From Octopus sinensis (Eukaryota): a stretch of DNA of 64,000 nucleotides. The stretch is from contig NC_042997.1 in the NCBI RefSeq assembly GCF_006345805.1, positions 205,282,001 through 205,346,000 of the forward strand, in the 5' to 3' direction. Both the position numbers and the translations under genes were made by a program. This document shows, piece after piece, positions 39,353 to 53,092 of the stretch. The notes under the pieces are model-generated. The model saw nothing but the letters and a program-made list of their open reading frames with translations. It was not told the DNA's origin and searched no databases. Numbering within the stretch: position 1 is the first letter of the stretch; the number at the start of each line of letters is the position of its first letter.

Positions 39353-41513
39353 ACTAGCTGAAGGTGACCCGCTGTACGCGCGGGTAAGAGTGTGGTTGTT
39401 ACTTTCTGTTTTTCCTTTCAGCACGTAAAAAGCACCATCCGAACGTGGCCGATTGCAGCGCCGCCTTGACTAGCTTCTGTGCCGGTGGCACGTAAAAAGC
39501 ACCAACCGATCGTGGCCGCTGCCAGGCCCCCTGGCACCTGTGCCGGCGGCACGAAAAAAGCATCCCTCTCTACGCTCACAGAGTGGTTGGCGTTAGGAAG
39601 GGCATCCACCTGTAGAAACACTGCCAGATCAGACTGGAGCCTGGTGAAGCCTCCTGGCTTCCCAGACCCCGTCAAACTGTCCAACCCGTGCTAGCACGGA
39701 AAACGAACGGTAAACGATGATGATGATGATGATGATTCTCTCTCTTTGTTTCTCTCTCCTTTCTCTCTCACTTTCCCCACTCTCTTACTCTTCCTTTCTC
39801 TCGGACTCTCCCTCGCTTTCTCTTACTCTCTATCTTTATCTATCTCTCTCCCATTTATAAACAACAAAAGATCTTGAGTAAGTTGAGAAATAAAATATAG
39901 GTAGAAAGATCAATCATAAATATCAGGCAGTAACAACGGAAAGGTCTGCTTCAAGGCAGACAGCAAAACACTGAATAAAAATAATAAAATATTGGAAACC
40001 AAAGTTTGAAGGGATAGAATGTGAGGATAGTAGAGTCACCATGGCTGGCATTTCTTAACGACGGACAGCAACGTTTTGACAGTTTAATGGCTGGCGCAAA
40101 ATTTTGAACTTGATGTAAAAGAAAATCCCTAAACACCAAGTTTTGAAGTGATTCTTTCTCACGACAGTAGACTCACCATGGCAAGCATTCAAAACTTCAT
40201 CATGGACGGCAACACATTGACGATTGAAAGGCTGGCGCAAATTTTTTAGCTTAATGTAACAGAGAATTCCTAAACACCCGCTCCTTTAAATTTTAATCCC
40301 CTTCCAGCCCCATTTAGACCCCTTTTCACATTTTGGTTAATATAACCCGATTTCATTCGGGTCTACTGGGACCACATTTTATAAGAGGAGGAATTTTGTC
40401 CTAGAGGTCACGCCTTTCATTCGAGGAAAAAAATAGTTGTCATGCAAACTTGCCAGCACTTTTAATATAGGTCTGCATATTTTCAGCTCAACCGACCACA
40501 TAATGCACAGATTATATATATATATATATATATAAATATTTAAAAATTGAGGGAGATAAATTAATATTAATTTTAATATCAATTTAAAACCAGTAGTCCA
40601 GCATTCAAAAAATCTGAGGAGTCAGAGAAAATTCAAATATATGTGTATATTGGCAGGGCTGGCCTGCTAGGTAGCCGGCCAGAATGCTAGAAATAGATCA
40701 TAAACGATCAAACTACAAGGAAATTCTCTAGAGGAAGAATTCAGCGAACACCAGAACCAAATTTGGCGGGCAGGACATATGAAAAATTAAATAAAAAACA
40801 GACTTAAATGCATACCTCGGTTTCGGTCTTAACAAAAGAATTACTTGCATAATTCAAGTGTCCGTGACTTCTTCAGTACATTCGGTCCTCGAGATGCAAA
40901 CTGAAAGACTAACCCCAGCTCTCTGTGTCAAGACAGACACGTGCTTAGTCTTACTGATACATCGGGAATAAAATTTCAAATGTCTTGGTTCCGGCGCGCT
41001 AAGAGACTCCTGAAGCGAAGGGCTGCAGTGAATAATTCACTGCGGGTAAAGCTTACTACTAGGGAACGTATTTATTTAAATATTTAAAAATTGAGGGAGA
41101 TAAATTAATATTAATTTTAATATCAATTTAAAACCAGTAGTCCAGCATTCAAAAAATCTGAGGAGTCAGAGAAAATTCAAATATATGTGTATATTGGCAG
41201 GGCTGGCCTGCTAGGTAGCCGGCCAGAATGCTAGAAATAGTCTTTCAGTTTGCATCTCGAGGACCGAATGTACTGAAGAAGTCACGGACACTTGAATTAT
41301 GCAAGTAATTCTTTTGTTAAGACCGAAACCGAGGTATGCATTTAAGTCTGTTTTTTATTTAATTTTTCATATGTCCTGCCCGCCAAATTTGGTTCTGGTG
41401 TTCGCTGAATTCTTCCTCTAGAGAATTTCCCTTGTAGTTTGATCGTTTATGATCTATTTCTAGCATTCTGGCCGGCTACCTAGCAGGCCATCCCTGCCAA
41501 TATACACATATAT

Positions 41514-41587
<74 letters not shown>

Positions 41588-42419
41588 GTGTGTGTGTGTG
41601 TGAGTGTGTGTGTGTGTGTTGGAGTCTCTGTCAAACGTGAGCGTTGACGCTGAATTCGACTGGTAAGCAGGTAACCTTGTCTTTGTTGAAATAGTTGTGA
41701 GCTGCTGGAGTTATTTCTCTGACGGGTAATAGGAATTTCCATATCCTCCGAGGAAACGAACTGTTGACCCAGACAATTAGAATTAATTTTAATAAAAGCA
41801 TAAATTTAAGAAAAAATAATAAAGTAGTAAAAAATGAAAATTTAGCACGAAAAATTTGCAGGGTTCTAAATAAATGTTAAAATGTAATAGATACGAAAAA
41901 CCTACGTTATCACCAGAACACGAACGCTCGTTGGCGTGTTCTGTTTGTATTTGCTCGATCGGCGTGTTCTGTTTGTATTTGCTCGATCGGCGCGTTGACA
42001 GGCAGACAATAGAATGCGATGGCGAGATTAATAATATTTGTTGTCATGATTGTGTGTTGGTGGTGGCGATGGTAATTCTTTCTATGAATGCAGACAGATA
42101 CATAAAAGAAGGCCGTTTGAGGAAGTGAAAGTAATGGGAATGTATGAAATAGAGTGAGTGAAAAAGTGCTGGGAAGAGAGGAAATAGCGAGAGTGAGTTG
42201 AGGAAGACAGATATATTAAAGAACTGGAGTGGACTTGTCAAAGTGGGTTTTGGGCCCTAGCAACGACACCTTTTAAGATAGGGATTTCTAAGGTAGCCCA
42301 CGGGCATCGTCACCTCATTTTACATGTCCATGTAAATTTCGGAGTCAATCGGACGGGATGTAGTGGCCTTGAAAGCGATCCAAGCGGTAAAAACGCATTT
42401 CAGTTTTATATATAGAGAT
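39353..42419 (+). mobile_element. Same HINE-like element, copy 2 (carries the fold-back insertion)
   Basis: Same termini and body as 265..2312, plus the insertion at 40533..41519. Confidence 0.5.
40533..41519. repeat. Insertion in (TA)n with A-B-C-A-B'-a' direct plus inverted architecture
   Basis: Direct repeat 40533..40696 = 41077..41240; inverted arms 40631..40910 and 41239..41519. Absent from the sister site near 1455. Confidence 0.9.
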
Positions 42420-42563
42420 ATATTATAATCATGACGCCACTGCACGATATGGTGATGTTGAATACACGGTATATATTCTCCAGATTAAAATACATATAAT
42501 GTTAAAGAGTGTGTACCTGGTCGATTTGGAAATTCGTTTTCTCACTTTATTCAAATATATACT

Positions 42564-42622
<59 letters not shown>

Positions 42623-42634
42623 TATATATGTATG

Positions 42635-42729
<95 letters not shown>

Positions 42730-43484
42730 GATCGTTAGCCACTACACATATTTTTTTCTCTCCTTGTTTTTTCTGTGTCCCTTTCTGTAGATGAGCGTAG
42801 GCTCGAAACGTATTTTTTCTATTCCTGACCGTTATACTAATACATCTGTTTGTTTTGTACACCACCTGTCTTCGTCTTTTCTTGGCTTTTTTTCGTAAAC
42901 TCTCCCCATATATATATATATATATGTATGTATAAATAGATATGTATATGTATAAAACACAGCAAGCGTTAAACCAACAAAAGCACAACATACGGAAAAC
43001 TAGACGAAAACATAACAAATGGGAAACTGGACAAAATCAAGACACATGCATTAGTCGCAGCTGATTTCCTCTTCCGTCAATGTCCGGGATGTCCTAGCAT
43101 TTCGAGCTTTTTAACATTGCCTTTCGTCTAAAATTTTTATAACTATTTATTTATTTTATATTCATACATTTATATTTTCATTTCAAATATCATATCACTT
43201 GATTCAGCAGTAATGTTAATTTTACTCTTTTGATTAAAATTATATAATTCTTGAACTAGGAAACAACACATTCCATACAAGATCTGTCATTTCTTGTGCT
43301 CCAATAAATCTAAATAATCATCAAACCTGGAAATGTTAAAGATAGATAATTAGGGGTGTGGAAAATGCAAAATACAACTAAAATATCCGGACATTAATAT
43401 TTATATTTAATACTAAAAAAAAAGCATAATGATTTACTTTCAGTTTTGGAGTAATGAACCTAAAACGAATCTTCATTAATGTAT

Positions 43485-43509
43485 GTATTCTATTTTCTTT
43501 TTATTACAG
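43485..43509 (+). promoter_or_regulatory. 3' splice acceptor 10 nt upstream of the copy 3 ATG
   Basis: tattttctttttattacag|atagctaaatATG. Confidence 0.7.
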
Positions 43510-43519
43510 ATAGCTAAAT

Positions 43520-45727
43520 ATGGCTGCCATGCAGACGACAATAACAGCAACCAGTTCTCTTATTCTTTCAGTCATTCTCATTATCACACTGACATCACTA
43601 AACATCGAAGCGAAGAAACTCGACAATGATTGCCAAATTAAAATCCCTCCCAATGTCAGTGAGATTTTATCTCGTTTAGTAAAATTGGAAAAAAATGTTT
43701 TCAATTTTGAATTCCATTTATCAAACAAGACACTTGATGACCTTCTTAATCCTGTACCATTGGATTATTTTGCAAACGCGAGACACTTTACCTGGATCCC
43801 AGATGAACCAGACGGTTTAATAGCATATAAAAATTTCTACTATGATTTTTCAATTTACTCTTTGAATTTGTTAGATGTCTATATTGCTTATCCAAGAATT
43901 AATATCGATATAAAATGTAGAAAACAAAATATTCACAGACACGATATAATATATTTGATTTTCAAGGAATTGAAGAAACTCATATTTATCGATAAATTGC
44001 AAATGGGAAAATCTGGATACATGTGTTTTTTTGTAAATTTGTCTCAAGACATGAAGAAGAACAGCCCTCACGCATATGAAGCTTGCAGAAGAATTGGTAT
44101 AAATCGGGAGATAGTGAAGAACTATTGCTGTAAACTCTATAAAAACGAAAGTAATCTTTATCACCCCAAATCTATTTGTTTAGGAAATAATATTGAAAAT
44201 AGTATGTTTATCAATTATGAAAATATTGTTGGAACAGTTTTGTGGATATTTTTCCCATTGCTTATTAGTTTTGTTTCAAAAGCCAAATTACCTTCATATT
44301 ACTATCGAAACACAATGCCATACGAATCAGAATGGATCAATGGAAAACATAGTATTTACAGTTTCTCTCATTTTCTGTCTTGCTTATTTTGTTTCCATTA
44401 TTCTTCTTTCTTTGCCTCAAGACTAAGAAGATTCTTTTGCATTATGTTTTTTCCTTTAGTAATTCTCCTGGATCTTTTGATGTATTACTTCTTTTTATAT
44501 GAAACAACAAAGATATTTATACAAGACCGCATACCATTGGGCTATCGCGCCCTAATATTAGGAATTCCAGAAAGTTATGAAAATACAGGTGGCTTCCTCG
44601 GGGGTCCCTTTTTGTGGTTCATCGGCTACGTATTTTTCAACTGTATTCTCTTCGTTCTTCCCAGTCGTTTAAGTGAGACTATCGCTTATAATACATTACA
44701 TCAAAGATCCACTTGCACGTTTCTCATTCAAAATATCAGATTATTAGAGAAGTATGGCAGCTTAAATATTTCTACAGAACAGGATTATGATCTACTCTAT
44801 GCAATAATGAAAGCTAATATTTCTACTGCTTTAAACCCAAATTTCTGGCATTTAATAGTTTATACTTGGATTAACCGTATAAAGAAAATTTGGTTATATT
44901 ACTACAACAGAAATATTTTCTGGAAATTCCTATTGCTTTGGTTTTTTATTGCGATCACAATTTTATTTGCTATATTTTCCGTCTGTGAATTATTTCTGTG
45001 CCTCGTTTATTACGGAATCCCAATTGTTTACTGGATTTTAACTTTACCATTAAGTTATTCCAAAGTTTATATTTTCCCACTCTATCTGAGTCCCAATTAT
45101 ATTTTCAAGATAGTTGCTGTACCTTTAACATTTCTATCGTTGCCATTTTATATATCATGGGCGATTTGTTCAATCTACGTATTTCTTGTAAGTTTTCAAA
45201 TCTTAAGCAACTACATATTCACCATAGCTATCGTAGTACTTGCTAAACCCGATTGTGTAGGTTACATATGGTTTCTTGCCATGTTTTTCGTTTATGGCAT
45301 TGCAATTGTGAACGCCTTTCTAAAGCAGTATCAGTCAATAATATTTCAGTCTATAAAATTCACTAAAATGTTCCGTCCAAATTTAGTTCAGGAAAAATAC
45401 GGAGAGGAATTCATAAATGCTAAATTGCTCAAGACAATTGTTAACCATCATTTTCCTTTGAGATACGAGATTGGTAAATCCATTGTGAAACTGTTTCTAA
45501 TCGTATCTTTCTTCTTTGCTTGCAACAATATAATAAATCGAAATGATCTCGACTTATCAGTTTTCACAAAGATTACTTTGATATTGATGACTTCTATGAT
45601 ACCTAAATTATTGTCAATAATTAATATTAAATTTGATTTTGCCATTTCACTCTCAGACAAACTTATTGATACAATTAATATATTCGAAGAAGAGAATGCG
45701 CCACAGACCAGTGTGTTAATTTACTAA
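43520..45727 (+). CDS. Orphan multi-pass membrane family, copy 3 (735 aa)
   Basis: Intact ORF with an N-terminal hydrophobic signal, a Cys-containing ectodomain and many hydrophobic segments. Near-identical to copy 1. Confidence 0.92.
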   Translation: MAAMQTTITATSSLILSVILIITLTSLNIEAKKLDNDCQIKIPPNVSEILSRLVKLEKNVFNFEFHLSNKTLDDLLNPVPLDYFANARHFTWIPDEPDGLIAYKNFYYDFSIYSLNLLDVYIAYPRINIDIKCRKQNIHRHDIIYLIFKELKKLIFIDKLQMGKSGYMCFFVNLSQDMKKNSPHAYEACRRIGINREIVKNYCCKLYKNESNLYHPKSICLGNNIENSMFINYENIVGTVLWIFFPLLISFVSKAKLPSYYYRNTMPYESEWINGKHSIYSFSHFLSCLFCFHYSSFFASRLRRFFCIMFFPLVILLDLLMYYFFLYETTKIFIQDRIPLGYRALILGIPESYENTGGFLGGPFLWFIGYVFFNCILFVLPSRLSETIAYNTLHQRSTCTFLIQNIRLLEKYGSLNISTEQDYDLLYAIMKANISTALNPNFWHLIVYTWINRIKKIWLYYYNRNIFWKFLLLWFFIAITILFAIFSVCELFLCLVYYGIPIVYWILTLPLSYSKVYIFPLYLSPNYIFKIVAVPLTFLSLPFYISWAICSIYVFLVSFQILSNYIFTIAIVVLAKPDCVGYIWFLAMFFVYGIAIVNAFLKQYQSIIFQSIKFTKMFRPNLVQEKYGEEFINAKLLKTIVNHHFPLRYEIGKSIVKLFLIVSFFFACNNIINRNDLDLSVFTKITLILMTSMIPKLLSIINIKFDFAISLSDKLIDTINIFEEENAPQTSVLIY

Positions 45728-46845
45728 TATTTGTGGTAAAATAAAACTGTTTAAACCTTTTTAGTAATTTGTTCGAATTATTTAATCACATTGTATAATT
45801 TTAATAATAGTGATCTGCATTAGTCTATACGAAAAACGGATATAAATACCTATAAAGAATCACACAGGCTCGTCCATATCGCTGAATCCCTATTTGCGGA
45901 TAAATTTGCACCTAATGGTTCACAAGGGAAATCACGTGCAGGTCGTGGTCGCTCGCTTTGTAGAAGAATCAAGGCTTTTTAGACTGACCAACAACCTTGG
46001 GAAAACGGAGGTTCTAGCCCAAGCAGCCCCGAACACTATTTTATCCTAGCCAAGCATCACCATTGGGGGAGTTCAACTGAAGTGTGTGGAGAATTACGAG
46101 TACCTTGGCAGTACAATCTCCCCCGATGGATCACTTGACATAGAAATCTCACCCAAAATCCACAAGGCCAGCCAGGTATTTAGCAGACTGAAAGTGAAAG
46201 TACTCCAGCAGAAAGGCATCAGACTGTCAACAAAGTCTAAGGTCTCCGAGGTTGTAGTTGTCTCTAAACTGCTCTTTCGGTGAGAAGCATAGAACCCATG
46301 CCGCCGGCACGTCAAACAGCCAGGACATTTTCGCACAAGGGCACTACGCAGGACCATAGGCATTCGCTGATAGGTCAGGATGGCAAACAACGAAGTGCTG
46401 CAAGGAACTCGCTCATGAAGCTTTGAGTCAAACTACTGAAGGCACAGCGACGCTGCACTGGCCATGTTATCAGATTAATTGCTTCGGTTGAGATTAAATA
46501 ATAGAAATTGTCCTATTGTAAAAAAAAGAAATGTATATGGCGAGCTCACGTACAGTTCACACAAACAAAGAAGGCCTTAACTGAAGTATAAGGACACTCT
46601 GAAAAGCAAGCACAAACGGAGCAGCATTAGTCCATAGACAACATAGCGTGGAATCTCTCACTTCACGAGCAGCAGCTGTCTTCAAGGTATACATATATAC
46701 ATATATACATACATACATACACACACACACATATATATGCATACATACATACATACATACATACATACATACATACATACATACAACACACACATATATA
46801 TGCATACATACATACATATATATACATACATACATACATACATAC

Positions 46846-46926
<81 letters not shown>

Positions 46927-47166
46927 CTTGACCGACCAGTCCGTCAGGCGTCCATTTGACACTGCTGGTCACAGTACGCTGTCCACTCCTCTCTGGATCG
47001 CGCCTTTCTCATCCACGTGATCCCAATCGTCCTCCTGAAATCGTAACTCCACCGTCGTGGAGGTCTTCCGGGTGGTCTTTTCCGCTCACGCGTGTACCAT
47101 ACAACAAGCACACACATATTTTATATATATATATATGCAAATTCGCATATATGTTATTTTGAAATG

Positions 47167-47267
<101 letters not shown>

Positions 47268-47289
47268 AATATGTGTGTGCGTGTGGAAC

Positions 47290-48600
47290 AAAAAAGTGAG
47301 TAGAGTTGAAGAAATGAACATGAGTGGAAGTGAGGCCTCCATCGGGTGTTATTTTTGTTCAGGAAGAAAAACCCGACGCGTCGGACAGGTAGAAAAATAA
47401 ACTTGCCCGCAGTCACAGTAGTTCGGTATGTCGCTGGAATCCTGAAGTGAGCAGAGGAGGAGCTAAAGGAGATGGACAGGAAGTCAAGAAAGTTCCTGAT
47501 GATGCATGGAGCCCATCATCAACGTGAAGACATTGATCGTCTATACATGAAGAGAGCAAATGGAGGAAAGGGACTGATAGTTATGGAAGACTGCGTACGT
47601 ATCGAACGCGAGAGCTTAATGAGATATTAAGCCCAAAGTAAGGAAACCTTCATAGCGACAGTTAGGAGCGAGTGAGTATTGATGGCAGTGAGAAATGGGA
47701 AAACAAAGGAAGAAGTACAAAAAGGGACATGAGGAAGAATTACGCAAGAAGGGACTACACAATCAATTCCATGTAGCCAGACACAGAAGTTGCTGGGAAA
47801 GGGAGGTGGGATTGGTTGATGAAAGGAACCCAAAAAAACGAGACCAGCAGCACAAGACCAAGCTTTGGCCACGAACTGGAGGGTCAACCTTAGGAATGAA
47901 CAAATGTCTCCGTAAGAAGGTCAGACTTGTGTAGGATGGAAGATTGCAAAGATAAAGTATTGTACAAGCACTTGAGAATGAATGTAACTGAAAATAGGTG
48001 GATAAAGAAAAGAATGAATGAAAAATTTCATAGAGATGTTGAAGATAAGACAGACAGAGAAAAACGATGGCTATGGATGACTAAATGTGATTTATAACCA
48101 GAAACGGAGACTCTAATCTGTGCTGCCTAAGATCAAGCATTAAGAACCAATTATATCAAATACAGAATAGACAACACATCAGAAAGTGATAAGTACAGAG
48201 TTTGTAGACAAAATGGTGAAACCGTATGGCATATTACCAGTCAGTGTACGCCACTAGCCCGGAAAGAATATAAGAGACATCATGACAATGTGGCAAGTAT
48301 TGTCAATGGAGAGAAAAATGACTTCATGTCCAATACCCTGCAAGGCTTGACAGAGAGGAAGTGAGCCTAAGTAAAATCCAACAATGGCTCAAAAGCTCTG
48401 TACTAAAAGCCGAAACGGTAGGACTGATTCTCGCTGCAGAAGACCAATGCCTAACTACAAACAATTATAAAACAAAATACTGAAAACAGGCCTCAACCAA
48501 ATGCTGAATGTGCAATCAACACAGATACGGTTGACCACATCATCTCGGACTGCCCAATACTTGCCATGTCTGAATATATATACAGACATGACAAAGTAAA
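47290..48600 (+). mobile_element. Degraded R4-clade LINE fragments
   Basis: Continues the fragment seen at 7090. Later stretches resemble ETETLICAA.DQALRTNY and ETVGLILAAEDQCL..TVDHIISDC..YRHDKV of the intact element's C-terminus. Confidence 0.7.
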
Positions 48601-48963
48601 CCCACAATAGTTACGGGTACCTGAACAACAAGAAAGAGCCCTTCTTTTGTTTACAGGTCCACGCTCAGAATTGGTCCTTTCACACTGGTCATAATTCCAC
48701 CTTTCACCCACCTTTCAACAAATATGTCACAAGGCAATACTTCGTTCTCCACCCTCAGTTTCCTTTTCAAGTGAAACTTGAAAAAGTTTATGTGGGCTTG
48801 GCTAATATGGGCTTAAAGTTAATGTGGGATTAGACCTTTCAAACGGATCCACCATACTACCTCTTTAGTTACAGCCACTAGACAAATAAAACTTGCTTTC
48901 CTCTCCTGGTCAAGAGAGGGAGGGGGGTAATCTTCACAATGGTTTCAGCTGATAGCCGGATCC

Positions 48964-49002
<39 letters not shown>

Positions 49003-49914
49003 TAATAATAATAATAATAATAACACAGAGCTGCGCTCGGTGGTGACATGAAGGACAATATTAAAGGATGTGTTATAGCACAAAGAAAAATTACAAAATC
49101 ATGTGAAAATCATGTGGGTGTAATATCAATCAAGGGGAGATACTACCACATTAAAGGATATAACAGAGGATATATGTTTGAAAGAGAAATGAATAATAAA
49201 TAAATAAATGGAATCCTCAATAGCGAGGAAGTCCACTAAGAGTAATCCCGGATTACTTCGCCATTTCTAAGGCATGGGTAAGTGCCCTCTTCCAGTTGCT
49301 TTCCTCTTGCTTAGAAAATCCTATTCAGAGTAGATCCATTCAGTCTCACCAGTCTTGCCACTGTCGACCACCTTTGGATAGACACACTGGAAGGCAGTGC
49401 CTCCATCTCTACCCAATAAGACCGAGCCTGAGCCAACGTCTCTCTAAAAGAAACGGAGAAACTTTCAAAATACAAAGATCTGGAAATACACACAAATTAA
49501 ATTAAGATATCTTTCTCTTTACTTTGGCTTTCTTTCTTCCTCCTATCTTTAATTTATCCTAGGTACTCTCCCAGCTACCCCCTGCTCTAAGCCTATTATA
49601 ATGAAATATCAACTACGCTCCACTCCAGCCTCTCTAAGAACCAGCCCAGCAGACTCCTATCTCAACCAGATCAATGACCTCAGATATCATATTACACCCT
49701 TTCACAAACTATCTTCTTAACCTCAACGGCCAGCTTTATTATTCTTTCTCCCATTTCATAGTTGGCCTCTGCTTTATTCTTGAAATTTTCTGTTGTCTGT
49801 AAAATTACGTTTCATCTGATGATTACGGGCTTTTTTGTAAGTGAGTAATGTTCTCATTCTTCTATTAAAAAATGCGTAAGAAACAGCTGTAATAGTCTGT
49901 TATTATTCATTTGA

Positions 49915-50275
49915 TGGTTAGGGCAGCGGACTCGCGGTCGTAGGGTCGCGGTTTCGATTCCCAGACCGGGCGTTGTGAGTGTTTATTGAGCGAAAACACC
50001 TAAAGCTCCACGAGGCTCCGGCAGGGATGGTGGTGATCCCTGCTGTACTCTTTCACCACAACTTTCTCTCACTCTTACTTCCTGTTTCTGTTGTACCTGT
50101 ATTTCAAAGGGCCGTCCTTGTCACTCTCTGTGTCACGCTGAATATCCCCGAGAACTGCGTTAAGGGTACGCGTGTCTGTGGAGTGCTCAGCCACTTACAC
50201 GTTAATTTCACGAGCAGGCTGTTCCGTTGATTCGGATCAACCGGAACCCTCGTCGTCGTAACCGACGGAGTGCTT
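49915..50275 (+). mobile_element. tRNA-derived SINE (family of 12693)
   Basis: Body near-identical to 12720..13075. Confidence 0.75.
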
Positions 50276-50496
50276 CCATTCCATTCATTTGATTATAATA
50301 CAAGGGGACTATAACACACCGAGGGGACTTGTTGGACAGCCTAGATTTCATCTGCCGCTACATTCTGAGTTCAAATTCCACTGTGGTCGACTTTGCCTTT
50401 CATTCTTTCGGCGTCGATAAATTAAGTACCAGTTAAGTACTGGGGTCTATGTAATCACTTGTTCCTTCCCCCAAAATTTCAAGCCTATAGTAGAAA

Positions 50497-51430
50497 ATGA
50501 TTTCCCAATCTCGTATCTCAAAGAAAAATCATGGCTAAAAATTGCTTTGAACAAATTGACACGTATGACTTCCTCTCTTTAATATGCCTGGACAAAGTTT
50601 GGACAAATATTTTTGGCTAAATTTATGGATTAAACTATTATAGTGTCATACTGTTTCTGAACAACTTTTGTAATCGGCAATACCATAGACAAAAAACATG
50701 GCAACACACCGTATATCGCCTGCAATACCAGGTTTAGCAAGCATTGCGAAAGATGCATTGAATGTATAAATGCACATGACTTCAAAATTTATTAGAAATA
50801 TAAAGATTGAAGCATATCCTCGTAATATATAAAACGGCAATGATACAAAAGTTGAAAATACAGTGATAATCTTTAAAATATAATTGAAAAAATATGACCG
50901 CTGAAATAACTTGGTGTCAAACATAAAATCAGGTAAAGAATTAAGGTTCTGTAATAAAAGAGGCACAGAAATAATACAGCAGAAAAAAACTGTAACGATA
51001 ATAAAAAACAAAGTAGTAAAGTGAATTGGTTTGACATATTTTCTCGTTGTAATATAACCAAATTTTCTTTAATCCACTTATGAATTGTTAAGTGCCAGAA
51101 ATTTTGAAATAAAGCAGTAGAAATATTAGCTTTCATTATTGCATAGAGTAGATCATAATCCTGTAGAGTAGAAACATTTAAACTGCCATACTTCTCGAAT
51201 AATCTCTTATTTTGAATGAGAAACGTGCAAGTGGATCTTTGATGTAATGTATTATAAGCGATAGTCTCACTTAAACGACTGGGAAGAACGAAGAGGATAA
51301 AGTTGAAAAATATGTAGAAGTGAACCACAAAAAGGGATACCTTTTCATAACTTTCTGGGATTCCTAATATTAAGGTGCAATAACCCAATGGTATGCGGTC
51401 TTGTACAAATATTTTTGTCGTTTCATATAT
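50497..51430 (-). pseudogene. Truncated, frameshifted fragment of the same family (middle to C-terminal part)
   Basis: ORFs 50873..51388 and 50646..51011 carry LGIPESYE, FILFVLPSRLSETIAYNTLHQRS, QDYDLLYAIMKANIS and AMFFVYGIA. The reverse complement at about 50500 encodes LRYEIGKS. SINEs flank both sides. Confidence 0.9.
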
Positions 51431-51434
51431 ATTT

Positions 51435-51835
51435 CTTTATTTCCCACAAGGGGCTAAACATAAAGGGGACAAACAAGGACAGACAAACGAATTAAGTCGA
51501 TTACATCGGCCCCAGTGCATAACTGGTACTTTGTTTATCGACCCCGAAAGGATGAAGGGCAAAGTCGACCTCGGCGGAATTTGAACTCAGAACGTAACGA
51601 CAGAAGAAATACCTATTTCTTTACTACCCACAAGGAGCTAAACACAGAGGACAAACAAGGACAGACAAACGGATTAAGTCGATTATATCGACTCCAGTGT
51701 GTAACGGGTACTCATTTAATCGACCCCGAGAGGATGAAAGGCAAAGTCGACCTCGGCGGAATTTGAACTCAGAACGTAGCGTCAGACGAAATACCTCTAA
51801 GAATTTCGCCCGGCGCGCTAACGTTTTTGCTGATG
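51435..51835 (-). mobile_element. SINE dimer (family of 33830..34573)
   Basis: Two units with the same internal junction gaaatacc|tatttctttactaccc. It abuts the 5' break of the pseudogene. Confidence 0.8.
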
Positions 51836-52121
51836 TTGAGAAAATCTCATCTAGTTTCTTCGGACTCTCGCCTTCGGTTTTCTACAATCCTCCTTGCTTT
51901 ATACTTGTTTCTGGATAGATTACGCATTTTCTTTAGTGACATATTTTTCCAATATTGTAAACAAAATATTATGAACATAGAAAGAAACTATACATTAATC
52001 CCTATTTTTGTAAGCAGTTGTATCCGTAAAAAGTTTATTTCAAGAGAGCAGAAATTGAAAGAAGATAAGCGAAAAGAACAGAGAAAGAAAGCGAAAGATG
52101 TATGTACGTCTATCCGAAATG

Positions 52122-52171
<50 letters not shown>

Positions 52172-52915
52172 GTGTGTGTGTGTGTGCGTGTGCGTGTGTG
52201 CGTGCGTGTGTTTACGATAGTTGATTTATGTTAAACTTTTGAAATGCAAATATGTGAATAAAAATTAAGTTAAATTTGTAGCGAAAACAGTATTGAATCT
52301 TTTGATACCCCATACGTCAAAAGCATAAGGAATATATAATGTCAAAGATGAGGCAGACCTGTACACGGTAGCTAGAGCTGGTAGAAATAGCAGCCAAATT
52401 TCCCTCAAAAAACCCTACTGTCTCAATCCGACAATTCTGCCTATTGTGTAGTTTAATGAGAAACTGAAACTAAAGATTAAGAATATTAACCCTACAGAGA
52501 GGCGAAAGAATAGAGACAGCATAGCGACGGTTTTGGCTGACTGTCATCCTGTACTCCCCTCGTTGCTAGCGAAATGGCATGAGCCAGCTGTCTGAGCAAA
52601 CTGGTTGTTTTAATGGCGGAACAAACAGGACATAAAGATTACAAAAATAGCGATTCTCACTTTGAAACTAACGATTTTGAAAATCTTTTTAGATTACGGG
52701 ACGCCCAAGTCTCTCATATATCCACGTTTAAAATTACACTGCGACCGGATGAACAATACTCGAGTTATAAGTGCACAAACAGATAGACGGAACGGATTTT
52801 ATATATTAAGATATACAAAGTGAGAGAGAGAGTGGGGGTGATGCAACCACATGTAGACTATTGGCGATTTTTTTGCTTTCACTTTCCTTTTCTCTTGGAC
52901 TTTCCTCTGTCTCCT

Positions 52916-52950
52916 GTTTCTGAAGAAGAGCTTTGCTCGAAACGCAAAAC
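52916..52950 (+). ncRNA. Minimal hammerhead-like motif with a mutated cleavage triplet
   Basis: gttt-CTGAAGA-a-gagc ttt gctc-GAAAC-GCA-aaac. Confidence 0.4.
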
Positions 52951-53004
52951 ACCCTTTCTTTACTTCTCTTATTAATACTTTGCATGTACTACGTGCCCGC
53001 GTTG

Positions 53005-53092
<88 letters not shown>

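Noticed and set aside
43520-45727. Assigning the family to GPCRs, cephalopod chemotactile (Cys-loop) receptors or protocadherins
   Set aside because: No DRY or NPxxY motif, no C-x13-C loop with four TMs, no cadherin repeats; length and hydrophobic pattern do not fit. No gene symbol given.
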